NCBI GenBank assembly: GCA_965219685.1
Contig: CBDCOH010000002.1
Span: 3,616,001 to 3,680,000, forward strand
DNA length: 64,000 bases
From: Candidatus Spongiisociaceae bacterium
Lineage (GTDB): Bacteria; Actinomycetota; Acidimicrobiia; Spongiisociales; Spongiisociaceae
Reading direction: 5' to 3'
Shown: positions 47,005-58,205 of the stretch, piece after piece
Layout of the letters: every line of letters starts with the position of its first letter
How positions within the stretch are numbered: position 1 is the first letter of the stretch
Program-made: the position numbers and the translations under genes
The notes under the pieces: model-generated
Seen by the model: the letters and a program-made list of their open reading frames with translations, nothing else
Database searches by the model: none
Told to the model about the DNA's origin: nothing

Positions 47005-47152
47005 CCCGCAACCTTCCGAAGAGTCAATTAAGGGGGACAGGCACCTCGGCAGGAGGTGGTGGCCGGCAGCGCCTTCGGTCGTCACAGAGGCCCAGTCTTG
47101 CCGGATGAGTCCTAGTAGAATACAGTGAATACACGTATAACAGAGGAGACAT

Positions 47153-47380
47153 ATGCCCACCTCGGTCCGGCTCTCGGCCGAAACTGAGCGGCGGCTCGCC
47201 TTTCTGGCTTCGCACACGGGGCGCACGAAGGCCTTCTACCTGCGAGAGATTATCGATCGCGGACTTGATGACATCGAGGATTACTACCTGGCCGCAGATG
47301 TTCTGGAGCGGCTCCGAAAAGGCGAGGAGAAGGTCCACACCGCCGCGGACGTGAGGAAAGAGCTTGGCTTGGACGATTGA
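47153..47380 (+). CDS. RHH antitoxin (RelB/CopG-like)
   Basis: SVRL..E.ERRL..LA..TGRTKAFYLRE.I...L.DIED.YLA. Confidence 0.88.
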   Translation: MPTSVRLSAETERRLAFLASHTGRTKAFYLREIIDRGLDDIEDYYLAADVLERLRKGEEKVHTAADVRKELGLDD

Positions 47381-47630
47381 ATACACGGACACTGCCAGGA
47401 CCCAACTGAAGAAGCTCGATAGGAACATGGCGTCGAGCGTCATGGACTTCATGGACGAGCGCGTGGCGCCGACGGACGATCCAAGGCGGACAGGTCTGGC
47501 GTTGACCGGCCCCATGGGTAGGTTGTGGCGCTATCGGATAGGGCGGTGCCGTGTGATCTGTGACATCCAAGATGATCGGGTGCGCGTCCTGGTGTTGAGG
47601 GTCGGGAGGCGAGACAAGGTCTACCGCTGA
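47364..47630 (+). CDS. relE: RelE/ParE-family toxin
   Basis: MAWTIEY..TA..QLKKLD, DPR..G..L.G...LWRYRIG..RVIC.I, VG.R..VYR; overlaps the antitoxin gene. Confidence 0.88.
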   Translation: MAWTIEYTDTARTQLKKLDRNMASSVMDFMDERVAPTDDPRRTGLALTGPMGRLWRYRIGRCRVICDIQDDRVRVLVLRVGRRDKVYR

Positions 47631-47677
47631 CGAGCTACCCCTGAACCACGCGCTACCGACACGGTACGAGAGTCGGA

Positions 47678-48655
47678 TCAAGTGCCAGCGAGGATACGCT
47701 TGGGGGTCTCGACCATGATGGTGTGCCACAGGTCGTCAGTGAGACCGATCTCCCGTTCCAGCAGGTCCCGCCCCATCACGGGGAGCCAGGCGTAGCCGCG
47801 GCCGCCGTTGGTGGCCAGATCTTCGGCGTAGCAGACATCGTGTGAGAGGACGATCTTGTCGACGTGGCCGTTGTCGATGAGGCGCTTGATGCTGCCTAGG
47901 ACCCGGCTGCGGTTGAAGCCGGTCATGTCCGGGAGGCTGCCCATGCGGTCGAACGACACGCAGGCGCCGCGGCGGGCGATCTCGGCATGGTACCGGGGAT
48001 AGGGCTGGCCTCCTGAGTGGGCCAGAACTACCCGGCTGAGGTCCACGCCTTCCTGCTCCAGGACGTCCAGTTGCTCCAATCCACCGATACCCCGCGTAGT
48101 GTGGGTGGTCAGGCCGACCCCGGTCTCGATCTGGGCGCGGCCCGCCGCCCGCAGCACCCGTTCCTCGATGGCGGAGAGGCGGTTGTACTGGGCGCCTATC
48201 TCCCCGATGATCCCCGCCTTCACATCGGTCCCTTCCATGCCTTCACGCAGCTCCGCGATGATCTCCTCCGCCAACTGGTCGGTGGACAAATCCCAAAGCC
48301 GAGGCTTGTAGTAGTTCTCGTGGTACCAGCCGGCGCCCATGACGATCTTCAGCCCGCTCCGCTCGGCGGATCGACGCACCGCCAGCGGGGGCGGCAGGGG
48401 CTCGAGGGTGTCCTGGTCGAACATGATCGGGTTGTCGAACTCTCGGAGCCCGCCGCTGGTGAGGTCTACGACGGTGGCGCCGCCGGCCTGGACGAGCATG
48501 TCCAGTTCGATATCGGCGAGTTCGGGGTCGTTGAGGATGTTGGTGAAGATCCAGGCGTCCCGCATCAGGTCGAGGAAGATGTGCTCGTGCATGAGGGTGA
48601 AGCCCAGTTGTTCCACGTCGACGGGACCGGTCACCGTCATCACCTGATCAGCCAT
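47678..48655 (-). CDS. Phosphotriesterase-family (PHP-like) protein #5
   Basis: VMTVTGP, LGFTLMHEH, VKAGIIGEIG, TTH, AHS, SHDVC, NGG.GY. Confidence 0.92.
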   Translation of the reverse strand: MADQVMTVTGPVDVEQLGFTLMHEHIFLDLMRDAWIFTNILNDPELADIELDMLVQAGGATVVDLTSGGLREFDNPIMFDQDTLEPLPPPLAVRRSAERSGLKIVMGAGWYHENYYKPRLWDLSTDQLAEEIIAELREGMEGTDVKAGIIGEIGAQYNRLSAIEERVLRAAGRAQIETGVGLTTHTTRGIGGLEQLDVLEQEGVDLSRVVLAHSGGQPYPRYHAEIARRGACVSFDRMGSLPDMTGFNRSRVLGSIKRLIDNGHVDKIVLSHDVCYAEDLATNGGRGYAWLPVMGRDLLEREIGLTDDLWHTIMVETPKRILAGT

Positions 48656-48747
48656 CTCCACTCCTCCCGACCATCCAAGTATGGCTTGTGCCATCATGAT
48701 CGACAACGCCGTTCGGAGTGAGGCTACGGCGGCGGGGAGGAGGGGAA

Positions 48748-49707
48748 ATGACCGAGCGCACAGCCTTTTTCAATGGCCACTTCATCCCGGAGTCGGAGTT
48801 ACGGCTGGCGCCGTTCGACGTGGGGGTGCGGATCGGGGAGTTCGTGTTCGAGACCGTCCGAAGCTACGGGCTCCGCCCCCACCGCCTACGCGATCATATG
48901 GACCGCCTCTATGCATCGATGAAGGCCTTGGACATCGAGTGCGGCATGTCAGTCGAGGAGATGGAGGAGGTCACCCACGAGTTGATCGAGCGCAACAAGG
49001 CCACCATCGAGCCCTACGACGACCTGATGTGGAACAACGACTGCTCGCGGGGCATCGCCAAACCCTTCGATCCCGGTCCCTACGACTCGTACGAGAGGAC
49101 CGTGTTCATAGTGTTCATCCCGCTGGGACCGTCCCTGGTCGAAGCACTCGACGGGTTGGAGAACGGGGCACCGGTGGTGATCCCGCCCACCAAGAACATC
49201 CCGGCGAGGTACCTGGACCCGAAGATGAAGAACCGCAACCGTATCCACTACGGGCAGGGCATGAGGGAGGCCCGCAAGGTGGATCCCAGAGCCGAGGCCC
49301 TGTTCGTGGACGACGACGGCTACATCACCGAGGGCGGCGGGGCCAACTTCCTGATCGTGAAGGACGGCGCCATCATTTCGCCAGAGGGACGCAACATCCT
49401 GCGGGGGGTCACCCGGGAGGACGTGAGGGACCTTGCGCCGCAACTGGACATGGAGTTCGTGGAGACCAACATCGAGCCTTACGACGTGATGACCGCCGAC
49501 GAGGCCTTCTTCGCCTCCACGCCGTTCTTCGTGATGCCGGTGACCAGCATCGACGGCCGGACCATCGGGACCGGGAGGCCCGGTCCGGTCGTGCATCGCC
49601 TCATCGACGCCTTCGCCCAGCAGGTGGGCGTGCATCCGATCGAACAGGCTCGCAAGATCGCCCAGCCGTACCTGGCCGACCGCCCGAGGGGCTCCAGACC
49701 TTATTAG
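48748..49707 (+). CDS. Class IV PLP aminotransferase (IlvE/DAT-like)
   Basis: FETVR, H.DRL..S, DPKMKN, ITEG.GAN, IL.GVTR, ADEAF, PVTSIDG..IG. Confidence 0.9.
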   Translation: MTERTAFFNGHFIPESELRLAPFDVGVRIGEFVFETVRSYGLRPHRLRDHMDRLYASMKALDIECGMSVEEMEEVTHELIERNKATIEPYDDLMWNNDCSRGIAKPFDPGPYDSYERTVFIVFIPLGPSLVEALDGLENGAPVVIPPTKNIPARYLDPKMKNRNRIHYGQGMREARKVDPRAEALFVDDDGYITEGGGANFLIVKDGAIISPEGRNILRGVTREDVRDLAPQLDMEFVETNIEPYDVMTADEAFFASTPFFVMPVTSIDGRTIGTGRPGPVVHRLIDAFAQQVGVHPIEQARKIAQPYLADRPRGSRPY

Positions 49708-49750
49708 TGGTGAGTGGTGAGTGGTGAGTGGTGAGTGGTGAGTGGTGAGT
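49707..49750 (+). repeat. Heptamer array (GTGGTGA)6, left part, starting at the aminotransferase stop
   Basis: Direct reading; interrupted by the IS. Confidence 0.95.
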
Positions 49751-49802
49751 TGAACCGCCCCGGTTACCCCGGAGACTCGATTAGTTGGGAGATAATGGAG
49801 TC

Positions 49803-51043
<1,241 letters not shown>

Positions 51044-51074
51044 AACACTCTCCGGCAAACCCGGGGCGGTTCGA

Positions 51075-51137
51075 GTGGTGAGTGGTGAGTGGTGAATGGT
51101 GAATGGTGAGTGGTGAATGGTGAATGGTGAATGGTGA
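51075..51137 (+). repeat. Heptamer array (RTGGTGA)9, right part
   Basis: Direct reading; continuation of 49707-49750. Confidence 0.95.
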
Positions 51138-51193
51138 ATCTGGATCAACCTGTAAGGGTACTCGGCGGCTTACATCCAACGGGCAACGGGCAA

Positions 51194-52015
51194 CTAGTAC
51201 AGGGCGGCTTTGATCTGCGCGACGAGGTTTGGGTCCAACTGATGGAAGGTGCTGGCAAGCGCCCACGGACCGTTTATGGAGGCCACGCCCCCGTCGATCG
51301 GGATGACAGCGCCGGTCACGAAGCGGGAACGGGGCGAGCAGAGCCAGGCGACCAGTTCGGCCACCTCGTCGGGGTTACCGATCCTGCGTCCGGGTAGCAC
51401 GGTGTCGTAGAAGCTCAGGTCTGCCGCGCCCAGCATCGGCGTGTCGATCGCGCCGGGAGCGATCACGTTGACGGTGATCTCGTGTTGGGCGAGTTCGGAG
51501 GCCAACGGACGGGCCATGCCCTCCAGGGCCGCCTTGCTGCCCGTGTAGGGGATGTCACCGGCTTGCCCGCGGGCGGCGGCGATCGACGACCACATGATGA
51601 TCCGCCCACCGTCGCCCTGCCCGATCATCTGGCGGGCGGCGTTCTTGACGCAGTAGAGCGTGCCGAAGGTGTTGATGCGGAAGATCCGCTCCACGTCGTC
51701 GTAGTCCATGTCGACGATGCTGTTCCAGCCCGCCCATACGGCGGCCGCGGTGGCCAGGATGTACGCCGGTCCCAGAGAGCTGCCGATCTCGTCGAAGGCC
51801 TCCGCGACCAGGTCCGGGTCCGAGGTGTCGACCGCCAGCGTGAGCATGTCGTCTTCGAGCGTGGCGAGACCGTCGGTGTTCAGGTCGAGGGCCGCCACCG
51901 TCGCTCCTGCTCGATGCAGCCGGAGCGCAGTGGCCCTGCCCTGACCTGAAGCCGCCCCGGTCACCACGGCAACACGCCCGCTGAGATCGAGTACGTCCAT
52001 GTCGGATCCGCCCAT
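51194..52015 (-). CDS. Short-chain dehydrogenase/reductase
   Basis: TGAASGQG, YTGSK, VNVIAPG, FVTG..IPIDGG; AGGAGG RBS. Confidence 0.9.
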   Translation of the reverse strand: MGGSDMDVLDLSGRVAVVTGAASGQGRATALRLHRAGATVAALDLNTDGLATLEDDMLTLAVDTSDPDLVAEAFDEIGSSLGPAYILATAAAVWAGWNSIVDMDYDDVERIFRINTFGTLYCVKNAARQMIGQGDGGRIIMWSSIAAARGQAGDIPYTGSKAALEGMARPLASELAQHEITVNVIAPGAIDTPMLGAADLSFYDTVLPGRRIGNPDEVAELVAWLCSPRSRFVTGAVIPIDGGVASINGPWALASTFHQLDPNLVAQIKAALY

Positions 52016-52168
52016 AGGGTCCTCCTGTCGCAACTGGGAAGAGGGTACCCATTATGCGATCAGCGTCCTTCGGGAGGAGCCGTTGTCGCCGGGGTCCAGG
52101 AATCGTTCGCAGCAGACTCCGACGCTCCGGAAATCCTGGAGGCGGAAGGGCGCCTACCCTCCCGACAC

Positions 52169-52333
52169 CGCGAAAAGCGCCCGACGGACCTCTGCCGAGG
52201 GCCCTCCCCCAGCCACCACCTCCGTTGGCTCCGGGCGCGTTCCTCTACTCCTGATGAGGGTCGGCCTGGGCGATCTGATCCCTGCCACGGTCCGTCCGGC
52301 GCCGGGAGACGGACCGTCGGTGTTTACGGCTGC
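52169..52333 (-). ncRNA. Putative novel structured RNA, copy A (~165 nt)
   Basis: Homologous to 59456-59622 with covarying stems; own promoter; U-run at the 3' end; matches no RNA family I recognise. Confidence 0.65.
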
Positions 52334-52338
52334 ATATC

Positions 52339-52366
52339 AGTATGCGACATACCTGCGACATGTCAA
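52339..52366 (-). promoter_or_regulatory. Sigma70-type promoter for RNA copy A
   Basis: TTGACA-16 nt-CATACT; overlapped by a TGCGACAT direct repeat. Confidence 0.7.
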
Positions 52367-52533
52367 CCCCCCTCTCTGCGGTGTCGACGAGGCACGGCCA
52401 ATCGGTTGACACCTAGGGGTGGGAGTGCTTGGATAACTTGGAAAATGGGAACGTTCCCAGCCATGGAATGGAGTTCGGTACCGCCTCTCTAGAACGAGTT
52501 CGGAACCCCATTCTCGGAAGAGAAGGAAAGGGT

Positions 52534-53685
52534 ATGAGAAGGGTTGCGACGCATTCTCACGGATCGAGGGTAGGGCGAAGATGGCGAGCGATGGTGATTG
52601 CCGTCGCCTTTGCCATGATCGTCGCGGCTTGCGGGGATGATTCCGCGGAACCTGAAGAGGCTCCTGCAACAACGGCCGCGGCTCCTGCGACAACGGCCGC
52701 GGCTCAGACTACAACAACTGCCGCGCCCACGACGACCGCGGCTCCGGCCACTACTGCCATGGAGGTGAAGGAGTGGCGTGACGGTATTCCTTGCCCGCCC
52801 GAAGGCACGCTCATCGCCTATAGCCCGCTGACACTCGAGTTCGTTTGGTTCGCGGACATCATCACCGCCATGGAGGAGGAAGCGGCCAAGTGCGGCGTCG
52901 ATGTCATCACCGATGACCCCGAAAACGATGCCCAGAATCAGGTAACGAACATCGAGAACATGCTCGAGCGGGGCGTTTCCGCACTGGCGGTAATAACCGT
53001 GGACGAAGTCACGATGGCCCCCGTGGCGGAGCGGGCCCGGGACGACGGCATCATCGTGGTGCGCCATGTCGGCTCGTTGGAGGGATACGACGCCAACGTC
53101 GGGGTTCCCGAGACGGTGTTCGGCGAACTCATCGGAGAGGTCGGCGGCGAGTGGTTGCTCGACGCCAAGCCCGATGCGGCCCCCTACCAGGTGGCGATCC
53201 TCAATGCCGACTCGCTCGGTCCCAATCTGCTCGACCGCAAGCAGGGCCTCAAGGACGGGTTCGATCGCGTCATGGCCGGGGCGGAGTACGAGATAGTGGC
53301 CGACGTCGAGGCGTGGGCGGAGGACACCGCGCTGGACGCTGTAGCTGCGATTCTGGCCGCCAACCCGGACCTCGACGTGATCCTCACGTCGAACGACGTG
53401 GGTGCACTGGGAGGCCTTGCCGCGATCGAGGCGGCAGGCCTCACGCCGAATGTGGACATCGCGATTGTCGGGTCGCTCTTGGAACGGGGGCTCCAGGCGG
53501 TGGCCGACGGAAGGATGCCGGGCGGGATCACCGTCCCGGGTTCCACACACGGGGTGGGCCTGATCGAGGCGTTGTTCCGGTTGCTGGCGGGTGAGGATGG
53601 TGGTTTCAACATGGACATCCCGCCGATCAAGCTGGGCAACGATCCGACCGAGGCCCAGCGGCGCCTGGACGCCGGCGAGTACTAG
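52534..53685 (+). CDS. Sugar ABC substrate-binding lipoprotein (RbsB-like)
   Basis: Lipobox IVAACG, TTAAP linker, Q...IEN....GV, R..G, L.ANPDL..I...ND..ALG. Confidence 0.88.
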   Translation: MRRVATHSHGSRVGRRWRAMVIAVAFAMIVAACGDDSAEPEEAPATTAAAPATTAAAQTTTTAAPTTTAAPATTAMEVKEWRDGIPCPPEGTLIAYSPLTLEFVWFADIITAMEEEAAKCGVDVITDDPENDAQNQVTNIENMLERGVSALAVITVDEVTMAPVAERARDDGIIVVRHVGSLEGYDANVGVPETVFGELIGEVGGEWLLDAKPDAAPYQVAILNADSLGPNLLDRKQGLKDGFDRVMAGAEYEIVADVEAWAEDTALDAVAAILAANPDLDVILTSNDVGALGGLAAIEAAGLTPNVDIAIVGSLLERGLQAVADGRMPGGITVPGSTHGVGLIEALFRLLAGEDGGFNMDIPPIKLGNDPTEAQRRLDAGEY

Positions 53686-53707
53686 CCGCGAAGCGGAATC
53701 GAGTGGT

Positions 53708-53740
53708 GGAGCCGAATGGGGACCGGTCCCGTTCGGCTCC
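53708..53740 (+). terminator. Hairpin after the sugar SBP gene
   Basis: GGAGCCGAATGGG...CCCGTTCGGCTCC. Confidence 0.5.
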
Positions 53741-53770
53741 GGCCGCGCTTCGACCCCGTAACGTAGGAAC

Positions 53771-54811
53771 ATGAAGTCCGAAAGGGAGCCCCGAGGCACT
53801 GAGGTTCTCTCCGAACGGAAGCGGGTGGCCCTACGCAGGTTGGTGACCCAAGTTCCGAGGCCGGGAGGGAAGCGTCGCGGCGACTTCTGGAGCCGGTACG
53901 GCATGCCGGCCGCCTTCCTGCTCATTGTTGTGGCGTTCACCAGCCAGTCCGACGCCTTCCTCACACTCTCCAACAGCCAGAACATCGTCCGGCAGAGCGC
54001 GGTTATCGCCATCGCTGCAATCGGGGTCTCAGCCCTGTTCATAAGCGGTGGCATTGACATAAGCCAAGGGCCGATAATCGCCTTCAGCGGGCTGGCCACC
54101 ATCACCCTGATCAATCTGGGCGTCACCGATTACATAGCGATCCCGATCGCGGTGGCTATGGGAGCGGCCTTCGGGGCGATCAACGCCTTCTTCGCGGAGC
54201 GCGTGAAGATACCGGCCCTCATCGCAACCCTGGGAACCGCGCTCGTCATCCGTGGATCGGCGTTCCTGTGGACGGGCGGGCGGTCGATCGCTCTGGACCG
54301 GGAGGCGGGTGCCGTTCTCAAGTGGCTGGGTCGCGGGCTACTGCTGTTCATTCCTGCGCCGTTCCTGGTGACGTTGCTGGTCGCGGCTGCGGTGGCGACC
54401 GCCTTGAGGTTCACTGTATGGGGGCGCCATACCTATGCGATCGGCGGCAACCAGGAGGCCGCTCGCACGGTCGGCATCAACATAGAGCGACGCCGGACCA
54501 CGGTTTACATCCTCGCCGGGTCCCTCTCCGCTCTGGCGGGCGTCGTCCTGGCGGGCAGGCTTGCCTCGGCGGCCCCCAACGCCGCCACCGGAGCGGAGTT
54601 CGACATCATCACGGCCTCGGTGCTCGGCGGGGTGTCGATCTTCGGAGGTGAAGGAAGGGTGTGGCGAGTCCTGCTGGCCGCCATCCTGCTGGCGTCGCTG
54701 TCCAATGGCCTGGTCCAACTCAACGTGCCGGGGTTCTGGGTGCGGATCGTGACAGGCATCGTCTTTCTGGCCGCTCTCTCCCTCGACCGTCTGCAGAGCA
54801 ACCGCTCATGA
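53771..54811 (+). CDS. Sugar ABC permease (RbsC-like)
   Basis: ISGGIDIS.G, IATLG, GR..YAIGGN.EAA, I.A.VLGG.S..GGEG. Confidence 0.92.
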   Translation: MKSEREPRGTEVLSERKRVALRRLVTQVPRPGGKRRGDFWSRYGMPAAFLLIVVAFTSQSDAFLTLSNSQNIVRQSAVIAIAAIGVSALFISGGIDISQGPIIAFSGLATITLINLGVTDYIAIPIAVAMGAAFGAINAFFAERVKIPALIATLGTALVIRGSAFLWTGGRSIALDREAGAVLKWLGRGLLLFIPAPFLVTLLVAAAVATALRFTVWGRHTYAIGGNQEAARTVGINIERRRTTVYILAGSLSALAGVVLAGRLASAAPNAATGAEFDIITASVLGGVSIFGGEGRVWRVLLAAILLASLSNGLVQLNVPGFWVRIVTGIVFLAALSLDRLQSNRS

Positions 54812-55626
54812 AGCCGAGCCCGGACCAGCCATCGGCCGTGAGCCCCGAGAGCCTTGCGTTCCAAGCCGCGTCCGATACGGCCGAGGTCGAACTGGAGATC
54901 CGGGGGTTGTCCAAGAGCTTCGGGCGGGTCGAAGCGCTGCGGGATGTCACGTTGTCGGCCCGTTCAGGTGAGGTGGTGGGCCTCCTCGGCGACAACGGCG
55001 CCGGTAAGTCGACCCTCGTGAAGTGCCTGGCGGGAACCATCCGACCGGACCGCGGCGAGGTTCTCCTCGACGGCGAGCTGGTCGACATCCAGGATCCGGG
55101 CCATGCTCAGGCACTCGGCATCGAGACGGTCCACCAGGACCTTGCGCTGGTGGAGACACTGGACGTCACCGCCAATCTCTTTCTCAACCGGGAGCTCCGG
55201 AGGCGCGGTCCGATCCTCCGCCGTCTGGGTTGGATGAACGGCCGCGAGATGCGACGGCAAGCCGACGGGCTGCTCGGCACGCTGCGCATCGAGATACCGT
55301 CGATGGATCAACGGGTCGATCTACTCTCCGGCGGGCAGCGCCAGGCGATCGCGGTGGGGAGAGCGGCCGGTTGGGGCCAGAGGGTAGTGTTGCTGGATGA
55401 GCCGGCCGCCGCCCTCGGCGTCGAGCAGACCCAGTTGGTGCTCGACCTGGTGCTCCAACTCCAGCAGCGCAATTTGCTAGTGGTCCTGATCACCCACAAC
55501 ATGGACCACGTAATGGAAGTGTGCACGCGAGCGGTCATCCTGCGTCATGGCCGCGTGGTGGCGGACGTGGGTATCTCCGATGTGACACGAACCGACCTCG
55601 TTCACTTCATTACAGGAGCAGTATGA
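54808..55626 (+). CDS. Sugar ABC ATPase (single domain)
   Basis: GDNGAGKSTL, GIETVHQDLAL, LSGGQRQ, LDEP.AALGV. Confidence 0.92.
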   Translation: MKPSPDQPSAVSPESLAFQAASDTAEVELEIRGLSKSFGRVEALRDVTLSARSGEVVGLLGDNGAGKSTLVKCLAGTIRPDRGEVLLDGELVDIQDPGHAQALGIETVHQDLALVETLDVTANLFLNRELRRRGPILRRLGWMNGREMRRQADGLLGTLRIEIPSMDQRVDLLSGGQRQAIAVGRAAGWGQRVVLLDEPAAALGVEQTQLVLDLVLQLQQRNLLVVLITHNMDHVMEVCTRAVILRHGRVVADVGISDVTRTDLVHFITGAV

Positions 55627-56447
55627 GCAGCCGGACAGCCGAGAAGAGATCGGTCGTCGTAACCGGCGCGGGTCAGGGGATCGGCGCCGCGATCCGTGAC
55701 CGGCTGGCGGCGACCGGGTGGTTCGTGGTGGGGATCGACAACGACCCGGGAGCTTGCGGACTTGCCTCCGAGGCGCTCGGTGCTGCCGGCTCCATGGTCC
55801 ATGGCGACGTGACCGACCGTTCCGTCATCGCCCGGGCCGCACACGTCGCCACCCGGGAACATGCTCTCGGTGGATGGGTGAACAACGCAGCCGTGGCGAT
55901 TCCCGGCACCGCACACGCACCCGACCCGGCCGGGGTGCGCCGCGTGTTCGAGGTCAACCTGGAAGCCGTATTCTGGGGTTGCTCCGAAGCGGTTACCACC
56001 TTCCTGGCCCAGGGCCGGGGAGGTTCGATCGTCAACATCTCGTCGATCCAGGCCCAGACGGCCTTCCCCGGCTGGGCGGCCTACGTCGCGGCGAAGGGCG
56101 GTGTCGAGGGCTTGACCCGCTACATCGCCGTCGAGTACGGACCTGTCGACATACGGTGCAACGCCGTGGCGCCGGGAACCATCCGCACTCCGATGGCGCA
56201 GGACGTAATCGACACGGCACCCGTTCCGGCGGAGATGGAGCGGGCAATGGCGGTCATGCATCCCCTGCTACGGGTGGGCGAGCCTCCTGAAGTCGCACGG
56301 GTAGTGGGTTTCCTGCTGTCGGATGATGCATCGTTCGTCACGGGTCAGATCGTCAACGTCGATGGGGGGGCCACTGCTCGCTGCTACCCGATGCCCTTGG
56401 ACCCCGACGTGGCCGAAGCGCGGAGTCGGCGTGGCGGGTCGGGATGA
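55623..56447 (+). CDS. Short-chain dehydrogenase/reductase
   Basis: TGAGQGIG, VNNA, YVAAKG, NAVAPG, FVTGQ..VDGG; ATGA overlap. Confidence 0.92.
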   Translation: MSSRTAEKRSVVVTGAGQGIGAAIRDRLAATGWFVVGIDNDPGACGLASEALGAAGSMVHGDVTDRSVIARAAHVATREHALGGWVNNAAVAIPGTAHAPDPAGVRRVFEVNLEAVFWGCSEAVTTFLAQGRGGSIVNISSIQAQTAFPGWAAYVAAKGGVEGLTRYIAVEYGPVDIRCNAVAPGTIRTPMAQDVIDTAPVPAEMERAMAVMHPLLRVGEPPEVARVVGFLLSDDASFVTGQIVNVDGGATARCYPMPLDPDVAEARSRRGGSG

Positions 56448-56490
56448 ATACGGATCCGACACCCCTTACCGGGGCTCGAAAGGAGCATCC

Positions 56491-56826
56491 ATGAAGTTTC
56501 TGACCAGCGGCTCGGCAGGTCCGTTCCTCGCCCTCGCCGGAATGGTCGGCAGGGACGAACAAGGCGGTCCGGTCGCCGGACTCCTCCCACAGACCGTCAG
56601 GGCGCTCGAGCGCATCGAGTCGGTTCTGGCCGAGCACGATCTCGATCGGTCCCACGTGATCCGGCTGCGTATCTACCTGGTTGACGTATCGGATTGGCCT
56701 TCGGTCCTGGAAGTGCTCACGGAGTGGTTCGGACCCACACTGCCTGCTGCCACGGTTGTCGGGAATGTGACCCTGGTGGAGCCGTGGATGCTCATCGAGA
56801 TAGATACGGACGCCGTCCGGAACTGA
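56491..56826 (+). CDS. RidA/YjgF-family protein
   Basis: QT..AL..I...L, V....IY, PAAT.V, L......IEI; AAGGAG RBS; lacks the catalytic Arg of RidA proper. Confidence 0.8.
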   Translation: MKFLTSGSAGPFLALAGMVGRDEQGGPVAGLLPQTVRALERIESVLAEHDLDRSHVIRLRIYLVDVSDWPSVLEVLTEWFGPTLPAATVVGNVTLVEPWMLIEIDTDAVRN

Positions 56827-58199
56827 TGTCGCGCCGGGCAAGGATCGGCCTTGTCACACCGAGCTTCAAGCTCTTCGACGAACAGATGCCCGCCTCGTTT
56901 CGTGCCGGACTCGTGGACCGGGCCGAGCGGTTCCGCGCAGAACTCGAGAGCGAGTTCGATGTAGCGTACTGGGGGCTGGTGTCCGACTCCCGCGACGCCA
57001 GGGAGGCTAACGAACACCTCAAAGCCGGCCGGGTAGGAGTCATAGTGGTTGCTCCGACGATGGCGTCTCCGCCGGGCTACACCGAGGAGGCGACCAGCGG
57101 GCTCGACGTGCCGACCGTCATCTGGAACACGGCTTCGACGAGGCGGCTGCCGGCGGGCCTCGATCAGGCGGCGGCGCACGAGGACACGGCTTTTCTCGGG
57201 GCGCTGATGTTCGCCAACACGATGGTCCGCCGCGGAACGACGCCGATCGCGGTCAGCGCCAACCCTGACGACGCCGAACAGGTGCGGCGCGTCATGGAGA
57301 CGGTCAGGGCAGCTGCGGCGGCCGTGGCCCTGCGCAGGGCCAAAGTGATCCGGATAGGGGATCCGATACCCGGCTATACCAATGTGCTGGCAGCCCGGCA
57401 CGAACTCGCCACGCTCGGTGTCACCGAGCACCGCGTCGGCATCGACGAACTCGCCGACGAGTTCGCAGCAGCGGGAGACCGTGGGGCAGGTGAGATCAGC
57501 GACCGAATCGCTGAGCTCGGATGGACCGGCGACGCGGACAGGCGCAGCCGCAGGCTGGCCGCGGCGATCCGACGGCTCGTCGACTCGCTCGACGCGGACT
57601 GCGGTACGGTGAACTGCCACGGACCGTGGTTGAGGTCGTCCCCGGACATCGGGATCGTCGGATGTCTCGGTGTGTCGCTGTGCGCTGCATCGGGCGTGCC
57701 GATGTCGTGCACGGGTGACCTTCCGACCGCGCTCGCGATGAAGCTCGCTCGTGACATCGCCGGAGCGAGCCTCTACTGCGAGATATTCGCATTCGAGAGC
57801 GAGACCCGTCTGGCACTCCTCGCCAACAGCGGCGAGGGCGACCCGGCGACCGGCGACCGCACCCCGCATCTGGAGCCCACTCAGTACTATCCGGGTCTGC
57901 ACGGAAGGGGCACGGCCCTGAGCTTCCCCATTGCAGCGGGTCCAGCGACCCTGGTCTCTCTCACACCCACCGACCGGACCTGGCGTCTCGCCTGCGCGAC
58001 GGGCGAGATCGTCGAGAGCCGGTATCCGGGGCTCGGAGCCCCGAACGGGATGTTCCGTTTCGACGGCGGTGGCCGGGCGGCGATCGACCGATGGCTGACG
58101 GCCGGGCCCGTCCATCACCATGCTCTGGCACCGGGGCGGATTGCCGAGCCACTCGCCGTCGCCGCCCAGGTGCTCGGAGCGGAATACGTGGCGGTCTAG
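56826..58199 (+). CDS. L-fucose/L-arabinose isomerase-family protein
   Basis: RIG.P.PGY, NCH, SCTGD..TA.AM, YCE, NSGEGD, G..HH.AL..G. Confidence 0.7.
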   Translation: MSRRARIGLVTPSFKLFDEQMPASFRAGLVDRAERFRAELESEFDVAYWGLVSDSRDAREANEHLKAGRVGVIVVAPTMASPPGYTEEATSGLDVPTVIWNTASTRRLPAGLDQAAAHEDTAFLGALMFANTMVRRGTTPIAVSANPDDAEQVRRVMETVRAAAAAVALRRAKVIRIGDPIPGYTNVLAARHELATLGVTEHRVGIDELADEFAAAGDRGAGEISDRIAELGWTGDADRRSRRLAAAIRRLVDSLDADCGTVNCHGPWLRSSPDIGIVGCLGVSLCAASGVPMSCTGDLPTALAMKLARDIAGASLYCEIFAFESETRLALLANSGEGDPATGDRTPHLEPTQYYPGLHGRGTALSFPIAAGPATLVSLTPTDRTWRLACATGEIVESRYPGLGAPNGMFRFDGGGRAAIDRWLTAGPVHHHALAPGRIAEPLAVAAQVLGAEYVAV

Positions 58200-58205
58200 A
58201 AACGC

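Noticed and set aside
47070-47115. Possible displaced 3' end of PTE #5 beyond the RelBE-like pair (third islet)
   Set aside because: Only a short, weak match (GG.CTC..TGACGACC); could be chance in GC-rich DNA.
52251-52290. CTGATGA followed by a stem, suggesting a hammerhead ribozyme
   Set aside because: No GAAA after the stem, not conserved in the second copy, and on the strand opposite the promoter.
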